Of a DNA stretch of 60,487 nucleotides, positions 1-8,362 are shown piece by piece. This DNA comes from a virus (lineage: Duplodnaviria > Heunggongvirae > Uroviricota > Caudoviricetes). The position numbers and the translations under genes are program-made. Below the pieces are notes generated by a model that saw nothing but the letters and a program-made list of their open reading frames with translations, made no database searches and was not told the DNA's origin. Every line of letters begins with the position of its first letter. The stretch's first letter is position 1. Where the stretch lies: the IMG/VR virus record IMGVR_UViG_3300018481_000002, positions 87,199-147,685 of that record, one strand, 5' to 3'.

Positions 1-1
1 C

Positions 2-289
2 CACGGTGGTCTCACGTTCGCCCGGGACTGCAACGAGAACGCACCCGAGGGACACGGCGTCTGTCACGTTCCCTACGAGGGTCGGGAGCCTGACGTGTGG
101 TGGTTGGGGTTCGACACGGCCCACTGCGGTGACGCGTCGCCCATGGACGCGGCGGATGGTGCCTACCCACTCACGATGCCTGAGTACAAGAGTGATGACA
201 CCTACAAGGACGAGGCGTACGTTCGCAACGAGGTAGAGAACCTCGCCAAGCAGCTGAAGGCGGTTGCAGATGATGTCCGTGTTGGATGA
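2..289 (+). CDS. Conserved phage hypothetical protein, 5'-truncated by window edge
   Basis: Frame 2 is open from base 2: HGGLTF...WWLGFDTAHCGD...YKDEAYVRNEVENLAKQL, a motif set common in phage hypotheticals. Confidence 0.7.
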   Translation, partial: HGGLTFARDCNENAPEGHGVCHVPYEGREPDVWWLGFDTAHCGDASPMDAADGAYPLTMPEYKSDDTYKDEAYVRNEVENLAKQLKAVADDVRVG

Positions 290-449
290 CGAAAAAACTG
301 ACTTCGGGACCAAGTGCGAGAAGTGCCCACACCCCGCCAGTCAGCATGACCTACAGCTCCAGGAGAACCCGAGCGACGACATGTTCGCTGCCGCCATGGC
401 ATGGGTCTGCCTGGACGACGAGTGTTCCTGTGTGATCGCTCCGGAGTAG
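270..449 (+). CDS. Small Cys/His-rich hypothetical protein
   Basis: CEKCPHPASQH...CLDDECSC; followed by a terminator. Confidence 0.5.
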   Translation: MMSVLDDEKTDFGTKCEKCPHPASQHDLQLQENPSDDMFAAAMAWVCLDDECSCVIAPE

Positions 450-469
450 GAAGACGCACCACCAAAGAG

Positions 470-501
470 CCCCGCCATCTACGGATTGGCGGGGTTTTTT
501 G
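470..501 (+). terminator. Rho-independent terminator
   Basis: CCCGCCA-N9-TGGCGGG followed by a T-run. Confidence 0.75.
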
Positions 502-647
502 CGCAGTTAACTGGAACAACAACTAGCAGTAGCGCCGTCAAGATCGCCGTCTCAGAAACAGACGTCCGTCTGAACCACGATTTCTGGCTTGGAAGCCGAA
601 CTTTGAGCGTGGATCTGCTGAAAATGGGCGGCGCGTTTTTAGTTGTT

Positions 648-875
648 TTAATTGCTCTTGTCGACGTTGCGTCCGACCAGGTAGCCACAGAGCACCCCGA
701 TCAGGCTCGCAACCATGTTCCCGATGGCCCTGGCAATCCTGTCGATGTCCGGTGCGTTGCCCATGGCTATCGCGATCCCGACTCCAATGGTTGCGAAGAT
801 CATCACGAACGCCACGACTAGAACGAGAACCAGGACGATGATGTCTGCCATCGGGCGGTCGCGAATGGGGGTCAT
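648..875 (-). CDS. Small 2-TM membrane protein (75 aa)
   Basis: MTPIRDRPMADIIVLVLVLVVAFVMIFATIGVGIAIAMG...; ATGA overlap with the stop of the upstream EEP gene. Confidence 0.7.
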   Translation of the reverse strand: MTPIRDRPMADIIVLVLVLVVAFVMIFATIGVGIAIAMGNAPDIDRIARAIGNMVASLIGVLCGYLVGRNVDKSN

Positions 876-1552
876 CGAACCGTCTTGGACGGCAGCGCGA
901 ACACGGTTGGGTGGTTGTCCGGGCGTGCGGGGTGTGGCTGCTCCCACCAAGTCAGCTGTCCGTCCAGCTTCGGGGAGAATGCCATCAGGTCGATGCGCGC
1001 TCCGATCCACTGGGCGTCGAAGCTTCCGTGCAGGTTCGCAGGGTCGGCTCGGATCAGCTTGTTGAAGTCGCCCATCGCCACGAAGGGGACCTTGGCTACC
1101 CGGATACGGGCGTTCAGGCTGGCCCCGAACACCGGGTAGAGGGTGTCGAACATGCGCAGCGGCGGCATGTGGACGCAGATCTCTAGGGTGTCTCCCCAAC
1201 CTGGGAGGTCCACGACAGCCCAGGGGAAGCCTCGGTCTCCGATGGCCTCGCCACGGTTGGAGCGGGCTGCATCACGGACGTTGGCGCGTCTGACCTTCAG
1301 GGAGTCGTGGACCAGGAGGGCTTCGCCGCAGTGGCCGGGCTTGTCGGTCTGGATGACGGTGTACCCGTCGAGCTTGACCTTCTGGGTCAGCTCTTGCACT
1401 GCCAGGATCTTCGCGCCTTCTCCCTTGCGGGTGATCTCCCGGATGTCTTCCATGTGGGCGGAGTGGGAGCGGGCGAAGTTTCCGTTGTGCTGGGCGTGGA
1501 CGACGCCCGCTGCCTGGTCCTGCTTGGAGGGGCGTTCCCTGGTGGCCTGCAT
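872..1552 (-). CDS. Endonuclease/exonuclease/phosphatase (EEP) family protein
   Basis: Motifs LAVQE, MGDFN, RID and DNHP in canonical EEP order. Confidence 0.8.
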   Translation of the reverse strand: MQATRERPSKQDQAAGVVHAQHNGNFARSHSAHMEDIREITRKGEGAKILAVQELTQKVKLDGYTVIQTDKPGHCGEALLVHDSLKVRRANVRDAARSNRGEAIGDRGFPWAVVDLPGWGDTLEICVHMPPLRMFDTLYPVFGASLNARIRVAKVPFVAMGDFNKLIRADPANLHGSFDAQWIGARIDLMAFSPKLDGQLTWWEQPHPARPDNHPTVFALPSKTVR

Positions 1553-1587
1553 GGTTGGTTGTCGGCCTGACCTGGGGGGAAAGGTAA

Positions 1588-1629
1588 CCGCCCCAGGTTG
1601 TCCCGTTTAAGAGACGGGGCCTGGGGCGG
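1588..1629. terminator. GC-rich hairpin between the tRNA-like gene and the EEP gene
   Basis: CCGCCCCAGG...CCTGGGGCGG inverted repeat. Confidence 0.45.
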
Positions 1630-1650
1630 CGTTCGTTCGCAACGAATAGC

Positions 1651-1721
1651 TTGCTCCGGTCGGAATCGAACCGACGGTCTCCGACGTCAGGGCCGGTGAG
1701 TTGCCATTACTCTACAGAGTT
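1651..1721 (-). tRNA. Degenerate tRNA-Gln(CTG)-like gene (probable pseudo-tRNA)
   Basis: Intact D arm (GAGT/ACTC) and T arm (GTCGG-TTCGATT-CCGAC); anticodon stem CCGGC/GTCGG with a 6-nt loop CCTGAC; top 2 acceptor pairs mismatched. Confidence 0.65.
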
Positions 1722-1747
1722 CTATGAAGTTGCTACTGGCTTGTATT

Positions 1748-1776
1748 TTGGATGGTTGTTCTGTGGATAATATAAA
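1748..1776 (+). promoter_or_regulatory. Housekeeping-sigma (sigma70-type) promoter
   Basis: TTGGAT-17-TATAAA in an AT-rich patch; overlaps a perfect DnaA-box TGTGGATAA (1762-1770) and a GTTCG half-site. Confidence 0.65.
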
Positions 1777-1990
1777 TGTTCGCCCCCAGTGGCGTTCAGT
1801 CCGGGAGACACCTACCGGGTAACAGCCGGTCGGGCCGCTGTTCCTACTAGCGAGGGCGTCAGTGGAACAACTGATCCCCGCTGCCGGTCGGCCTTGAGGC
1901 CCTTCCCCCGCAGCGGGGTCTCTTCAGTTGTTGGGATCGACTCTAGCATGTTCGGATTGCATCGAACACCTGAACGACTATGCTGCGTCT

Positions 1991-2260
1991 ATGAACGACT
2001 ACGTCAAGCCGATCCCCGAGCTGATCACAGAGCTCGCGAACAGATACGGTCTCGACGCCGAAGCCCAGGACACTCGGGCCCTGCTCCAAGGCTTCCTCAT
2101 CGGTGATCTCCTCAGACAGACCCGCCCCGAATACCGCGACAGGATCCTGCTGGCGACCGGCGTCGTCCAGGAAGCCGACGCTCAGGGCAACTACCTGGAC
2201 CACTTCTTCGTGGACTTCGAATCAGGGGCACGCATCCGCGTGACCGTGGAGGCTGTATGA
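1991..2260 (+). CDS. Hypothetical protein
   Basis: 89-aa ORF with phage-like codon usage (MNDYVKPIPELITELANRYG...). Confidence 0.7.
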   Translation: MNDYVKPIPELITELANRYGLDAEAQDTRALLQGFLIGDLLRQTRPEYRDRILLATGVVQEADAQGNYLDHFFVDFESGARIRVTVEAV

Positions 2261-2382
2261 AGTAGCGACACGCGTTCAAATGTTCGGATCCGCTCTGCAC
2301 ATAGGGTCTATCTTCTGACTGTGAGTAGCGAAGTAGAACTGGCCCAAAACCTGGGCCAGTTTCCCACCGCCATGGAGTCCCG

Positions 2383-2520
2383 ATGATGGATCGATGTGAA
2401 CGTTGCGACCAGCTCACCCAAGAGAAGGACTTCCGAGGGAGTCTTTGTGGTTGGTGTGCTGACGACCTGGAACGTTTGGCCCAAAGTTCGGGCCACAAGG
2501 ATGAGGAGCCGTTGTTTTGA
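2383..2520 (+). CDS. Small Zn-finger-like protein (45 aa)
   Basis: Read manually: MMDRCERCDQ...LCGWCADD; GGAG RBS; stop overlaps the next ORF. Confidence 0.55.
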   Translation: MMDRCERCDQLTQEKDFRGSLCGWCADDLERLAQSSGHKDEEPLF

Positions 2521-3143
2521 GCGAGATGGTGCGGGTTGCGATGGAGTGGCCCAAGGAAGTTAAGGAGACCGTCCGAGAGAAGGTGGGCCCCCGAGGCCTC
2601 ACCGAGTTCGTCCTCGACGCCGTCCATGATCGTCTGAACGGATCCGCGCTGGACTCCAAGGAGGAGATCCGCGAAGCCCGAGACGTTGCGCAGAAGCTGG
2701 CCGACCTGGTCATGAGCGACTCGGTCGACAAGAGTCTGACCTTGACCAGCATGCACCGACCCAGATGGCTAGATACCAACTCCTGGCCAGTCCCCGAGGT
2801 CGAGCCTGAGCCCGAGCCTGTGGCACCGGAGCCTGATCCTGTCCTTCCCGAGAAGCCAACTACTGAGGACCGTCTTGGCCATCAGCCAGACGACTTCTTC
2901 AAGAAGGTCATGAGGGCCGGGAAGCTGAACGACGGCGAAATCGACTACGTGCGAGACCATTTGAAGCCCGCATCTGACCTGGAAGCACAGGAAGCCATCG
3001 AGGTCATGGATGAGGTTGTCGCCATCGGTGAAGAGGCTCAACTGGCGCTGGATCCCGTCGCTGTCTTCGGAAAGCACGCTGAAGATCTCTGCCCCAGCTG
3101 CGGCGAACCGCGTGTGGACGGCGAGTGTTGGACTTGCGACTGA
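2517..3143 (+). CDS. Hypothetical protein, RHH-like N-terminus and C-terminal Zn ribbon
   Basis: VRVAMEWPKEVKETVR...LTEFVLDAV (ribbon-helix-helix-like); CPSC...CWTC. Confidence 0.7.
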   Translation: MSEMVRVAMEWPKEVKETVREKVGPRGLTEFVLDAVHDRLNGSALDSKEEIREARDVAQKLADLVMSDSVDKSLTLTSMHRPRWLDTNSWPVPEVEPEPEPVAPEPDPVLPEKPTTEDRLGHQPDDFFKKVMRAGKLNDGEIDYVRDHLKPASDLEAQEAIEVMDEVVAIGEEAQLALDPVAVFGKHAEDLCPSCGEPRVDGECWTCD

Positions 3144-3183
3144 ATCCAGACATCCGTCGAAACCCTGTGTCATGATGTGACCC

Positions 3184-3957
3184 ATGGGGCACCTGGAGCC
3201 AGAGATTCTCACCGATGAATGGCTTTCCTACAAGGACTCAGGTTCGATCGTCTCCCGCAACCAACTGGTCCTCCACTACACCTCCTTGGTGCGCTACGTC
3301 GCAGCCAAGGTCGGAGGACAGTTGGTTGCCTGGGTCGACCGAGACGACCTGATCTCCTACGGCATGTTCGGCCTTATCGACGCCATCGAAAAGTTCGACC
3401 TCGAAAAGGGCGTCAAGTTCGAGACCTACGCTGTCGTCAGGATCAGGGGAGCGATTCTGGACGAGATCCGGGCCCTGGACTGGGTCCCGCGATCCGTACG
3501 TTCCAAGGCCAGGGAAGTCGAGAAGGCCCAAGCAGAGGTAGAGATGCTCCTCGGTAGGCCCGCTGGCCAGCATGAGGTCGCTGAGTACCTGGGCATCCCC
3601 CTAGAGGAGTACTGGCAGCTGACCAGCGACTCCACCGCCTCCACCATCGAGAGCTACAACCGAGAGATCCTCGTAGAGGGAAACCAAGAGTCTTCCTTCG
3701 ACGTGAGCTTCGACCCAGGGTCTAACCCTGAGGATCTGGCCCAGGTCAAGGAAGTAGTGGAACTCGTTGGGGAGGCGATCAACCAGATGGATCAGATGTC
3801 CAAGACCATTCTCACGCTGTACTACCTGCATGAGATGAAGCTGGCTGAGATCGGCCAGATCTTCGGGGTGACAGAGAGTCGTGTTTGTCAGCTTCAGGGC
3901 CGCGCACTTCAGTCGCTGCGTACGGCCTTCAACCGTTCCGGCCTAGTAGCTGCGTGA
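3184..3957 (+). CDS. whiG: RNA polymerase sigma factor, FliA/WhiG (sigma28) family
   Basis: RNQLVLHYTSLVRYVA, DDLISYGMFGLIDAIEKFD, KFETYAVVRIRGAILDEIRALDWVPRSVR, and region 4 EIGQIFGVTESRVCQL. Confidence 0.93.
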   Translation: MGHLEPEILTDEWLSYKDSGSIVSRNQLVLHYTSLVRYVAAKVGGQLVAWVDRDDLISYGMFGLIDAIEKFDLEKGVKFETYAVVRIRGAILDEIRALDWVPRSVRSKAREVEKAQAEVEMLLGRPAGQHEVAEYLGIPLEEYWQLTSDSTASTIESYNREILVEGNQESSFDVSFDPGSNPEDLAQVKEVVELVGEAINQMDQMSKTILTLYYLHEMKLAEIGQIFGVTESRVCQLQGRALQSLRTAFNRSGLVAA

Positions 3958-4068
3958 ACGGTTGCTCCGAGTGCACTCCTGAGAAGACCTGCCGTTGGTG
4001 GTGTCCAGTGCACCTTGAGCACCATGTCGTTGTGACTATGGTGACCCACTGCATCGACACGTGGGAGC

Positions 4069-4566
4069 CTAGCCTCCGCGAGACCGGTTGAAGTTCTTCG
4101 CCTTCTTGAGGGGCGCGGTGTAGGCCTTGTTGAAGCCCCTGACCGCGACCTCGGTCTTCTTCATCTCCTGGACGAAGGTGCTTGTGGCAGCGGAGATTCG
4201 GGCGCTGGCTCTCTTCGTTTCTTCGATCCGCTGCTGCTTGATGGCTTCGAAGGAGAGATCCTTGGCGATGTCTCGGGCGATCCCGTTGATGTAGCTGATC
4301 CAGTCCCTCTTCGAGATGGTGTTGCTAGCCAGGTCCCACTCCGTGATGGTCCGCTCGGTGGTGACGATGATGCTGTAGGAACTGTGGAGGATCGCACCCA
4401 CACGGTAGGTCCCGTCTTCGTGGTGGATCACGCTGATGGCAAGTCTTCCGGTATCACCGACGATCAGACTGGCTCGGTTCAGGATCGGGTCCTTGATGTA
4501 CTTGCAGGTCAGCTCGATTTCTGTCTTCCGAGCAGCATCGCTGATCGGGTCGGTGGGAGTGTCCAT
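4069..4566 (-). CDS. Hypothetical protein
   Basis: About 165-aa ORF divergent from the gene at 4653; start uncertain. Confidence 0.6.
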   Translation of the reverse strand: MDTPTDPISDAARKTEIELTCKYIKDPILNRASLIVGDTGRLAISVIHHEDGTYRVGAILHSSYSIIVTTERTITEWDLASNTISKRDWISYINGIARDIAKDLSFEAIKQQRIEETKRASARISAATSTFVQEMKKTEVAVRGFNKAYTAPLKKAKNFNRSRGG

Positions 4567-4652
4567 GTACAGAGCATACCGAACATTCATACGAACTTGG
4601 TCCGGGAGCTCCAGATGTCGACACCTTCTTGTCATGAGAGGAGGTGACGACA

Positions 4653-5252
4653 ATGACTCGATACATCGATCCCAACAGTGGCGCAGCTCCTCAGCCTGGA
4701 GCCTGGGCTGGGGAAGAGGCTCAGGCTCACGGTTTCGCTCTCGCCAACGAGAACGAGGGCGTCGAGCAGGAGCGCCAGCTGAACGAGGCTGAAGATCTGC
4801 CCGAGGAGAAGAGCATCCAGGAGATCGCGGACGCGGCGGCTGAGGCCGACAAGGACCGCGAGAAGACGGAGGTTGAGGAGTACTTCGACCGCTACGCCGA
4901 GGCTGTTGGTAACCCCAACAAGGTTCTTGGTGAAGAGGACGAGGGCGACTCGGCTTCGAAGTTCGTGGCTGACCCCGGCGCGGAGGCTCGCGCCAGCGAC
5001 GCCAAGGCCCTGGAGACTCAGGGCGTCGAAGCTGGCAACGCTGGCTTCACGTGGCAGACCCCGGCTGAGGATGCTGACGCTGAGGCTTCCGAGGAGGATG
5101 CTGAAGAGGTCTCCGAGGAGGAGGGCTACGACCCGTCCCAGTACAGCGTGGACGAGGTGAACGCCTACCTTGAGGAGAACCCGGATGAGTACGACGCGGT
5201 GATTCAGTCCGAGAAGGACGGCAAGAACCGCAAGGGCATCGTCGGATCCTGA
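4653..5252 (+). CDS. Highly acidic protein with C-terminal ~40-aa helical motif
   Basis: GGAGG RBS; E/D-rich; ends YDPSQYSVDEVNAYLEENPDEYDAVIQSEKDGKNRKGIV. Confidence 0.8.
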   Translation: MTRYIDPNSGAAPQPGAWAGEEAQAHGFALANENEGVEQERQLNEAEDLPEEKSIQEIADAAAEADKDREKTEVEEYFDRYAEAVGNPNKVLGEEDEGDSASKFVADPGAEARASDAKALETQGVEAGNAGFTWQTPAEDADAEASEEDAEEVSEEEGYDPSQYSVDEVNAYLEENPDEYDAVIQSEKDGKNRKGIVGS

Positions 5253-5257
5253 CTCAC

Positions 5258-5300
5258 ACTGAGATCCCGTCCCTCCCTAGAAGGGGGACGGGATCTCAGT
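5258..5300. terminator. Bidirectional terminator hairpin between convergent genes
   Basis: ACTGAGATCCCGTCCC...GGGACGGGATCTCAGT. Confidence 0.75.
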
Positions 5301-5535
5301 GCTTCCAGTCTTCATGCAACCCGAACGAGGTCACGTAGGTCTCCCAGCCGGTGGCTTCCTCCCAGGAGACCTCCAGTTCGAGCATCCCCTCATCGAGGCT
5401 GTACAGGTAGTACCAGCACTTCTGGTCATCCAGCTTCTCGACGTCATATGGATGCGCGTCTGGATACCCCTTGTGCTTCATGAACTCCGAAGCGACAACA
5501 TCCTGTGGTTCGTCGCTCCACCGCAACTCACTCAT
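5296..5535 (-). CDS. Hypothetical protein
   Basis: 79-aa ORF, last of a 4-gene minus-strand operon with 4-bp overlaps. Confidence 0.75.
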   Translation of the reverse strand: MSELRWSDEPQDVVASEFMKHKGYPDAHPYDVEKLDDQKCWYYLYSLDEGMLELEVSWEEATGWETYVTSFGLHEDWKH

Positions 5536-5813
5536 GACTCCCTCGCTCGCTTGACTGCCTCGTGAGCACCTTCAAGCCCGACCTCTAGGACGAGACCGAA
5601 GGCGGCGAACTTGCTCGTGATCGGGTACAGCACCGTCTCCAGGGTGATCGGATCCAGGATCACCCCCCGCTCCTCCCAGGCGCTCAGCAGGTCCCTGACC
5701 TGGCTCAGGACATACGACTGGGTGTTCGGAGGGAGGTTCATCAGGCTGTGTGCCACCGCTGAAGGCAGAAGCCGGGCTACTTCCGGCAGAGCTGTGTTGT
5801 GGTCCATGTTCAT
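5532..5813 (-). CDS. Hypothetical protein
   Basis: MNMDHNTALPEVARLLP...; AGGAG RBS; overlaps both neighbours by 4 bp. Confidence 0.7.
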   Translation of the reverse strand: MNMDHNTALPEVARLLPSAVAHSLMNLPPNTQSYVLSQVRDLLSAWEERGVILDPITLETVLYPITSKFAAFGLVLEVGLEGAHEAVKRARES

Positions 5814-6340
5814 GCTCCTGGAAGTAGATCGGAAAGACCTCGGGCGAGGATCTTCATGCCTTCGATAGGGCCCAGCGCTTGCACGGCTTCCTGGTAGTAC
5901 GTCGCAATCGCGGTGCCTCCGACTGAATCGCAGAGGTGGGCGTACGGATCTCGGTCCCTCGGCATGACCAGGAAGCCGTTGGCGTACCGTTGGCGCTTCT
6001 TCTTCACTGTCCCTTGCGTCACCTTCATCGCCAGGTTCTTGAAGTTCCGCGCTTCGTAGAGCGTGACCTTCAAGAACTCGCGGTCGTTGTCGCTGAGTAG
6101 GGGGGAAGCCGACCTGATCGCGTAGATCAGGTCGGCTTGCTGTCTGGCCTCGTGCAGTTCCCTCTCTAGGAGAGAGTGCACGTTCTGAAGGTCCGAGTAA
6201 GCAGTCCGAAGCTGGGAGATGACCCTTTCGCTGTCGCATGCAGGGCATCCAGCTTGGAACGCCATGTACTTGAGGTCGTGGATCCCACAGTCGTACTGCG
6301 TGTAGTCGTAGTTCTTGGTCTTGTTGAATGCCATCTTCAC
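5810..6340 (-). CDS. Hypothetical protein with Zn-binding motif and coiled coil
   Basis: CGIH...CPAC followed by a heptad-rich segment. Confidence 0.75.
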   Translation of the reverse strand: MKMAFNKTKNYDYTQYDCGIHDLKYMAFQAGCPACDSERVISQLRTAYSDLQNVHSLLERELHEARQQADLIYAIRSASPLLSDNDREFLKVTLYEARNFKNLAMKVTQGTVKKKRQRYANGFLVMPRDRDPYAHLCDSVGGTAIATYYQEAVQALGPIEGMKILARGLSDLLPGA

Positions 6341-6789
6341 AGCAGCATCAGCTGGTTGTAGTCGAACTTGTCCCCAAGGGCGTCCTTGATGGTCACCATC
6401 GGACCTTCAAGGCCCAACAGCTTGCCGTTGTAGATCTTGGCGTACTTGGGGACCATCAGGTTCCCCGTGATGAAAGCTCTGCCCTTGTCAGTGAGACGCC
6501 AGTAGCCAGCACGGCCACCATGCATCCCGACACCGGTCTGTTCCTCCAGGAGACCCCAGTGGGCCAGCTTCCCTTCTTCGCGGGAGACGGCACCGATGGC
6601 GCGCACGTGAACCCACCCGTTCGGGCTAATCCGGTAGATGTGGATGAGCGACCTGGCCATCCCCGAGTTGATCTTGCGCTTGTAGATCTTGGCGTGCTGG
6701 CCACACAAGGGACAGTTGTCGCCCTTGTCGACCCTCGCACGCAGCCAGTTCTTCGCCTGCTCCAAGGTGGTAGACGGCGGGAAGTTCAT
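6337..6789 (-). CDS. Zn-ribbon plus winged-helix-like phage protein
   Basis: CPLCGQ...GYWRLTDKGRAF...FDYNQLM. Confidence 0.75.
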   Translation of the reverse strand: MNFPPSTTLEQAKNWLRARVDKGDNCPLCGQHAKIYKRKINSGMARSLIHIYRISPNGWVHVRAIGAVSREEGKLAHWGLLEEQTGVGMHGGRAGYWRLTDKGRAFITGNLMVPKYAKIYNGKLLGLEGPMVTIKDALGDKFDYNQLMLL

Positions 6790-6865
6790 GACAGCCTCCT
6801 AGGGCCTAGTTCCTAGGGAGAGCCTACAGCCGGACACCCCCCCAGCCGATGACCAGTCGGAGGTG

Positions 6866-7039
6866 ATGACGGTGATTCTGGTGATCTCGTTCATCTTGTT
6901 GTTGTTGGCGGGTCTCTGCTTCGCCCTTGCGGCTGCGCAGAAGAATCTCGGGACGGTCAACCTGATCGCCCTGGGCCTGCTTTTCTGGGTGGCGGTTCCG
7001 TTCATCCAGGTCTGCCAACGCATGGCAGACAAGTTCTGA
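6866..7039 (+). CDS. Small 2-TM membrane protein (57 aa)
   Basis: Read manually: MTVILVISFILLLLAGLCFALAAAQKNLGTVNLIALGLLFWVAVPFIQV...; GGAGG RBS. Confidence 0.7.
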   Translation: MTVILVISFILLLLAGLCFALAAAQKNLGTVNLIALGLLFWVAVPFIQVCQRMADKF

Positions 7040-7067
7040 CACGTATCCATAATGGAAGGAGCCAGAG

Positions 7068-7304
7068 ATGGCTGAGGATTTCAACCCGGAGGAGCACACC
7101 GCTCCCGAGGTCGTGGAGCATCTTGAGGATGCCTCCGATGAGGAGAAGAAGGCCGTAGGCGCGGCGGAGCTCCAGGGGAAGGGACGCAAGACCGTCCTTG
7201 AGGCTGCTGGCGTTGACCCCAACGCTCGCATGGACGCCTCTGGTCGAGTCCTGAACCCGTGGGAGGTCGACCCGCCGAAGGCCGACGCCGAGGCTGAGAA
7301 CTGA
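7068..7304 (+). CDS. Small acidic protein with the same helical motif as the C-terminus of 4653-5252
   Basis: FNPEEHTAPEVVEHLEDASDEEKKAVGAAELQGKGRKTVLEA; AAGGAG RBS. Confidence 0.8.
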   Translation: MAEDFNPEEHTAPEVVEHLEDASDEEKKAVGAAELQGKGRKTVLEAAGVDPNARMDASGRVLNPWEVDPPKADAEAEN

Positions 7305-7447
7305 TGTTGTTCCTTCTGTGGGTCATCGCCGTCGTTCTCGTGGTTTGGGGTATCTACTGCCTCATCCAGCGGCAGTTCCTCATGGGCGCAGTGTTGATCG
7401 TTTTGGGGTTGCTCGTCGGCCCCGGGGGTGTCAGTATCTTCACTTGA
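7304..7447 (+). CDS. GPGG-motif small membrane protein (47 aa)
   Basis: Read manually: MLFLLWVIAVVLVVWGIYCLIQRQFLMGAVLIVLGLLVGPGGVSIFT; TGATG coupling. Confidence 0.85.
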   Translation: MLFLLWVIAVVLVVWGIYCLIQRQFLMGAVLIVLGLLVGPGGVSIFT

Positions 7448-7458
7448 TGAGGGATTCC

Positions 7459-7510
7459 TGACGAACCGGCCCTCCTCCCTAGTGACGTGGGAGGGCCGGT
7501 TCGTTCATTT
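7459..7510 (+). terminator. Terminator hairpin
   Basis: GAACCGGCCCTCC...GGAGGGCCGGTTC followed by ATTT. Confidence 0.7.
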
Positions 7511-7572
7511 CAGGGCGCGCCGTACCGAACAAACGTCTGGATCGTTCTACTCTCAGAGCGGCAGGAGGACGG

Positions 7573-7809
7573 ATGCGCGTATCGAAGTACCCACAGCAGC
7601 GAGACGATGTTCTCGCGGCCATCAGGGATGCACAGCTTCGACATGGACTCGCTCCGTCAGTGCGGGACCTGGCGGCTCAGTTCGGAGTTGGTGTCGCCAC
7701 GATGCACTCCTACTTGCAGAAGCTTGCTGAAGAAGGGGTAGTGGAGTGGTCAAAGGGCAGGCACCGTTCCTTGAGATGCACCCTTCAGGGTTTCCAGGAG
7801 CAGAAGTAG
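7573..7809 (+). CDS. LexA-type winged-helix DNA-binding domain only (no peptidase domain)
   Basis: VLAAIRDAQLRHGLAPSVRDLAAQFGVGVATMHSYLQKLAEEGVVEWSKGRHRSL matches the LexA N-terminal pattern; 78 aa. Confidence 0.85.
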   Translation: MRVSKYPQQRDDVLAAIRDAQLRHGLAPSVRDLAAQFGVGVATMHSYLQKLAEEGVVEWSKGRHRSLRCTLQGFQEQK

Positions 7810-8297
7810 TCGGGGAGTCCATCTTCCTGAAGTTCTTCATCCCTGCCCTGACTGACCCCAAGGTGAAGATCCAGAACGAGGTCATGGCCAAGGAGCGGCC
7901 TCAGGCTCGTGTCGTTGTTCCCAAGGGTGGGGGGCGACCGTTCCCGCAGTTCTACACGCCACCGAAGACGCAGGCGTGGGAGGCCCATGTCGGCGAGCAG
8001 GCGCTCCTCCAGCTCAGGTCGGTTGATGCTGATTTCACGCTTCCGATCCACGACAAGCGGATTCTGGCGAGTGTCCGTTTCAACCTGACCAGGCCAGTGT
8101 CCTACCCGAAGACCGTGATTCACGCTGTCAAGAAGCCCGACATCGACAACCTGGTGAAGGCGATCCTGGACGGGATTGTGGCCGCGAGGATCATCGAAGA
8201 TGACAACCTGATCACCGACCTGGTGACCATCAAGAGGTACGCCGATGGGGCCCACCCCTCTGGTGTTGAGGTCGAGTTGACCTGTTTGGCTCTCTAG
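7746..8297 (+). CDS. rusA: RusA-family Holliday junction resolvase (start uncertain)
   Basis: KPDIDNLVKAILDG...EDDNLITDLVTIKRY catalytic motifs. Confidence 0.88.
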   Translation: MVKGQAPFLEMHPSGFPGAEVVGESIFLKFFIPALTDPKVKIQNEVMAKERPQARVVVPKGGGRPFPQFYTPPKTQAWEAHVGEQALLQLRSVDADFTLPIHDKRILASVRFNLTRPVSYPKTVIHAVKKPDIDNLVKAILDGIVAARIIEDDNLITDLVTIKRYADGAHPSGVEVELTCLAL

Positions 8298-8362
8298 GCG
8301 TGTCCGGCCCAATTCCTGGGCCAAACGACATCCGTGTTGTTTACTACTCCCATGGGGACACC

